Shown here piece by piece: positions 15,701 to 18,517 of a DNA stretch of 18,517 nt. A program made the position numbers and the translations under genes. Source of the DNA: a bacterium. Its GTDB lineage: Bacteria > SZUA-182 > DTGQ01 > JAFGSM01. Each line of letters begins with the position of its first letter. Position 1 is the stretch's first letter. Below the pieces are notes generated by a model. It worked only from the letters and a program-made list of their open reading frames with translations, was not told the DNA's origin and made no database searches. The stretch is taken from contig JBLIRP010000073.1 of assembly GCA_049472355.1 (NCBI GenBank), positions 1 through 18,517 of the forward strand, written 5' to 3'.

Positions 15701-18517
15701 CAACCTCTCCAGACCAGCGGGACGATAACCGTATATAATCTACAACAGCTGCAACATCCGGTGCGATCCCCCCTCCTGGGGGTTCCTTGGGGAGAGGATG
15801 AGTATGGTGTGGATGAATCCGACTGGGAAACCTGGCCGGTGAATGAAGCAGTCGCATCCGCTGAGTTCAATACCCTGGAAGGTGCATGTCAGGCATCCTT
15901 TACCCTCCAATCCGGCGTATACAGGGCGATAGCCAGGGCACACGACAGCCATGGCGAGGAGGTCATGGCCATGCTCCCGATCATGGTGATCGACCCCGAT
16001 ACCTCCGCCTTTGATGTGCCTATCCCCGATATGGTGAAGGTGAAATCCGCGAGCCTGGAGGTTGGTGATACACTTGAAGCCGTTTGGGGCACCGGTTATC
16101 AGGAGGGTCATGCATTTATCGAGATCGAGCATAAAGGGCGAATCATAGAACAATACTGGACGGATGCGCAGAATACCCAGCAGCGAGTCACGTGGCCCGT
16201 TTCCGAGGAGTACCGAGGGGGATTTTACCTGCATATCACGCACGTGCATGACAACCGCGCCTATATCTCGGAAAAACGCATCGATGTTCCCTGGTCGAAC
16301 AAGGATCTCGATGTGAGCTTTTCCTCCTTCAGGTCAAGGCTCGATCCCGGTGCTGAAGAGACCTGGACCATCCAGATCAAGGGGCCTTCGGCGGAAAATG
16401 TGGCCGCGGAAATGGTGGCGACCCTGTATGATGCCTCTCTCGACCTGTTTCAAATCCATAATTGGGCCGGACTCGGCAATATTTTCAGACAGGATTACAG
16501 CAGCCTCTCCATCGGGTTTGCCAACAAGGTCGGTTATGCCGAAAGTCGTGATTATCAGTGGAGGGATCTTGGCCCGAGTTATTCCAGCAGAACGTATACC
16601 CGGTTTCCCGATGATGTGGCTCAGGACTATGGCTCTTACTATGGCTATTATTATGGCTACTATGGTTACTATGGCTATTATGGTTATGGTGGCTATGGTT
16701 ATGGTGGCTATGGTGGTTATGGCGGGATCTCTTATAATTATGCGCCAACGTATGCGTATGGGTCCATGTCGTACTCAGCAGACGGCACCGCGAAGGGTCT
16801 AAGTTACTCTGAAATCTACGGCTCCGCATACGGAGCAGTATATGGAGGAGAAACAGCAGTACCGGAAGAAGAGCTGACATCGGAGATCGACCTGTCCGAT
16901 GTCTCGGCGAGGACGAATCTGAATGAAACGGCCTTCTTCTTCCCTCACCTGACCACGGATGCACAGGGTCAGGTCTCCATCACGTTCACCATGCCCGAGG
17001 CATTGACCACCTGGAAATTCATGGGCTTTGCCCATGCCAAGGACCTGCTCTGGGGCATGATCTCAGAAGAGACCGTGACCCAGAAGAGCCTCATGGTTCA
17101 GCCCAATCCCCCGCGTTTCCTGAGGGAGGGGGATATCCTTCTGTTCTCGGCGAAGGTGACCAACCTGTCCGAGCAGGATCAAACGGGTACCATCAGGCTG
17201 TCCCTTACGGACGCCGCAACCGGGCAATCCCTGGACAGCGGGTTCATCATCGGCAGCACCGATCAGGTGTTTTCCGTGCCTGCCAAGAGTTCCCGGTCCT
17301 ATTACTGGGAGCTTCAGGTCCCGGGCGACTATACGGGCGTGCTGACTCATAGGGTTGTGGCCTCCACAGGCACGCTCTCGGACGGAGAGGAGGATGCCTT
17401 TCCCGTGCTCTCCCGCCGGGTCTTCGTGACCGAATCGCTCCCATTGCCCATTCGAGGGGCCGAGGTCAAGGTCTTCAGCTTTGACAAGCTCCTTGCATCG
17501 GGTGAATCGGATACGCTGGAGCATCAGGCACTTACACTGCAGATGGTCAGCAATCCGGCCTGGTATGCCGTGCAGAGCCTGCCGTACCTGACGGAACACC
17601 GGCATGAGTGTGTAACGCATATCTTCAACCGGCTTTACGCCAATGCCTTGGGAAGACATATCGCCGATTCGGACCCTGCAATCGAGGATGTCTTTGATCA
17701 GTGGCGGGGAACCGACGCATTGGATTCCAACCTGGAAAAGAATGAGGATCTCAAATACGTGCTCCTGGAGGAGACCCCCTGGGTCAGGGCTGCGGAGCGT
17801 GAATCCCAGGCCAAAAAACGCATAGGGCTTTTCTTTGATGACGAGCATATGGAGGAATCCCTTGCCGGCGCCTATGCCAAGCTTGCCCAGATGCAGCGTT
17901 CGGATGGGTCGTGGTCCTGGTTTCCCGGAGGGCCATCCAATTTCTATATGACCCTGTATATCATGACGGGTTTTGGCAGGCTGCGGCATCTGAATATCGA
18001 TGTCGAACAGACCCTTGCCCTGAAAAGCCTCAGCTATCTGGACAATGAGATCAATGAGATGTATGACCGAATCGTACAGTACGGGCGGCTTGGACAAAAC
18101 AATCTCTCCAGCACGATTGCCATGTACCTTTACGGGCGATCCTTTTACAAGGATACCCATCCCATCCCCAGTCACTGTCAGGCAGCGGTCAATTATTTTC
18201 TCTATCAGGCGTCCGTGTACTGGCTTGATTTGGGCTCACGACTCTCCCAGGGGCATCTGGCCCTTGCCTGTAACAGGTTCGATGACCAGGTGACCGCGCA
18301 GAAGATCATGGCCTCTCTGAAGGAGCGCGCCGTGTACGATGACGAGATGGGCATGTACTGGAGGGATCTGGAGCTCTCCTGGTGGTGGTACAAGGCACCC
18401 ATCGAGACCCAGGCGGTGATGATAGAGGCATTCGATGAAGTGGCCGATGACCGGGAAGCGATAGAGGATCTGAAGGTATGGCTGCTCAAGCAGAAGCAAA
18501 CCCAGAACTGGAAGACC
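12731..18517 (+). CDS. Bacterial alpha-2-macroglobulin family protein (MG2-domain type, >1929 aa; 3' end lies outside the window)
   Basis: One reading frame from ATG 12731 to the window end; the register is consistent in every segment I translated. Sec signal MKGAGNERRCYTALIVIIVISILGYTATASA-Q. Family motifs AQWYWQYYQDNR, DFTTWD, FFTDRSIYRPGQMVHFK, VRVEEYKRPEFKV, RTNLNETAFFFP, FTMPEALTTWKF, MVQPNPPRFLREGD, NPAWYAVQSLPYL, QRSDGSWSWFPGG, WLLKQKQTQNWKT. Confidence 0.93.
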   Translation, partial: MKGAGNERRCYTALIVIIVISILGYTATASAQNNGLQSYLYPSYIPSYFGLSIFGNPLYPGLNASFFSSSSSIAQNFQNTPWTLSTVPGLSSTSWTSSTVSSALSPFWTASYTVSPSLLFASLSGPGFAASSRERSSVNTPLVVASLYASPSLYLSSYSPINWIGWPFVTMYSRTGLWAWPAIPPAEEDLDELWAKIHEAVEDGLPRTAIEHLKEFIPIALEKEEYGLAMKGLCKQLVLEANIQGNKPEEKINRLTEEIGKAPDLLRPLLRLVLAQWYWQYYQDNRSRFSERDATAEIDDADFTTWDLPRLFDKIDELYTEVLSQEARLQSMSMETFTDFFEQGTVPVSYRPTLYDFAAFSAISFYQSGDQLRKEPEDAFELDADANAFAPAADFIQYVPQTTDTSSPILKAMKIYQEVLAFHINDPSKEAFVDADINRLIFVNAYSFGEEKSTHYITRMSEIAEAHPSMPLSSLAYYYWAQEIYSQGDFVGAHALAQQGATQHADSAESKMCQFLLAQIEAKELTLQSEYSVTPVYAEVRLDYRNITEVHLRVVEDQWDDFLHEEYGYPDDIDDEKFGQLITKTPVASWSIALEPTTDYKTHSHAIDLPSLQPGYYRLIASWRQDFAEQENAIRIATFWVTGIAMVTRTINGVSGGFILDAHSGAPLQGAKVTTFQRNEDDYYQKKDVTYADENGAFTVSSDYRTVLHAQYEGYGLLNYAGYSSAGSEPVERQQAVFFTDRSIYRPGQMVHFKVLAIKSNVNNDTYDFLPNTELTVVFRDYNSQEIDHLDLVTNAFGSASGTFTAPSGQLTGRMTISCSQPKGSTGVRVEEYKRPEFKVTLEPPEEDSRLDEEVELSGLALAYTGAALDDATVSYRVVREVRYPYWPQYYSYYASSAREIAHGRLKTDHEGTFTIRFIARPDRSIPASQRPAFIFRVSADVTDSTGETRSASKTVHIGYVSMDLNIAAQEWLTDDKPVELSISAMTLDQQPLQTSGTITVYNLQQLQHPVRSPLLGVPWGEDEYGVDESDWETWPVNEAVASAEFNTLEGACQASFTLQSGVYRAIARAHDSHGEEVMAMLPIMVIDPDTSAFDVPIPDMVKVKSASLEVGDTLEAVWGTGYQEGHAFIEIEHKGRIIEQYWTDAQNTQQRVTWPVSEEYRGGFYLHITHVHDNRAYISEKRIDVPWSNKDLDVSFSSFRSRLDPGAEETWTIQIKGPSAENVAAEMVATLYDASLDLFQIHNWAGLGNIFRQDYSSLSIGFANKVGYAESRDYQWRDLGPSYSSRTYTRFPDDVAQDYGSYYGYYYGYYGYYGYYGYGGYGYGGYGGYGGISYNYAPTYAYGSMSYSADGTAKGLSYSEIYGSAYGAVYGGETAVPEEELTSEIDLSDVSARTNLNETAFFFPHLTTDAQGQVSITFTMPEALTTWKFMGFAHAKDLLWGMISEETVTQKSLMVQPNPPRFLREGDILLFSAKVTNLSEQDQTGTIRLSLTDAATGQSLDSGFIIGSTDQVFSVPAKSSRSYYWELQVPGDYTGVLTHRVVASTGTLSDGEEDAFPVLSRRVFVTESLPLPIRGAEVKVFSFDKLLASGESDTLEHQALTLQMVSNPAWYAVQSLPYLTEHRHECVTHIFNRLYANALGRHIADSDPAIEDVFDQWRGTDALDSNLEKNEDLKYVLLEETPWVRAAERESQAKKRIGLFFDDEHMEESLAGAYAKLAQMQRSDGSWSWFPGGPSNFYMTLYIMTGFGRLRHLNIDVEQTLALKSLSYLDNEINEMYDRIVQYGRLGQNNLSSTIAMYLYGRSFYKDTHPIPSHCQAAVNYFLYQASVYWLDLGSRLSQGHLALACNRFDDQVTAQKIMASLKERAVYDDEMGMYWRDLELSWWWYKAPIETQAVMIEAFDEVADDREAIEDLKVWLLKQKQTQNWKT
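12974..13075 (+). repeat. Three degenerate 39-nt (13-aa) repeats in the A2M N-terminal extension
   Basis: TGGACC recurs at 12974, 13013 and 13052, each followed by ACGGTT. Translation: WTLSTVPGLSSTS / WTSSTVSSALSPF / WTASYTVS. Confidence 0.6.
16628..16726 (+). repeat. Low-complexity TAY/GGN codon repeat encoding a 33-aa Tyr/Gly tract in the A2M bait region
   Basis: Translates as YGSYYGYYYGYYGYYGYYGYGGYGYGGYGGYGG (17 Tyr, 15 Gly, 1 Ser), with mixed TAT/TAC and GGT/GGC codons. Confidence 0.9.

Noticed and set aside
16350..16964. His/Asn-rich minus-strand ORF (16485-16964) and Met/Ala-rich plus-strand ORF (16350-16802)
   Set aside because: Alternative-frame readings of the Tyr/Gly codon repeat inside the A2M gene.
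12961..18499. Many short and medium ORFs on both strands in the right third of the window
   Set aside because: All lie within the single long A2M frame, which the ORF track missed because its stop codon is outside the window.

Overview
Bacterial chromosomal window of moderately high GC. The two largest genes are missing from the ORF track because they run off the window edges. Left to right: (1) a minus-strand triple fusion of a beta-phosphoglucomutase-like HAD domain, trehalose-6-phosphate phosphatase and a GH65 N-terminus (OtsB1-like), cut by the left edge; (2) a divergent OpuC/ProU-type osmoprotectant ABC operon; (3) a long G-U-rich hairpin; (4) a secreted M1 peptidase-ChaN-PDZ fusion; (5) an orphan 3' fragment of an ABC exporter ATPase behind a consensus promoter; (6) a convergent AT-rich AAA_14/DUF4143 ATPase; (7) a DUF2099 (methanogenesis marker 8-like) gene head-to-head with a Clp1-family polynucleotide kinase, separated by a cluster of GGGGTCAGGTCTTGAA direct and inverted repeats; (8) a >1929-aa alpha-2-macroglobulin (A2M) cut by the right edge. 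The A2M is the most unusual gene. It has a 155-aa nearly uncharged Ser/aromatic N-terminal extension, a 33-aa Tyr/Gly bait region, and HRHECVTH in place of the CxEQ thioester motif. All calls come from manual translation and motif recognition; no searches were run.
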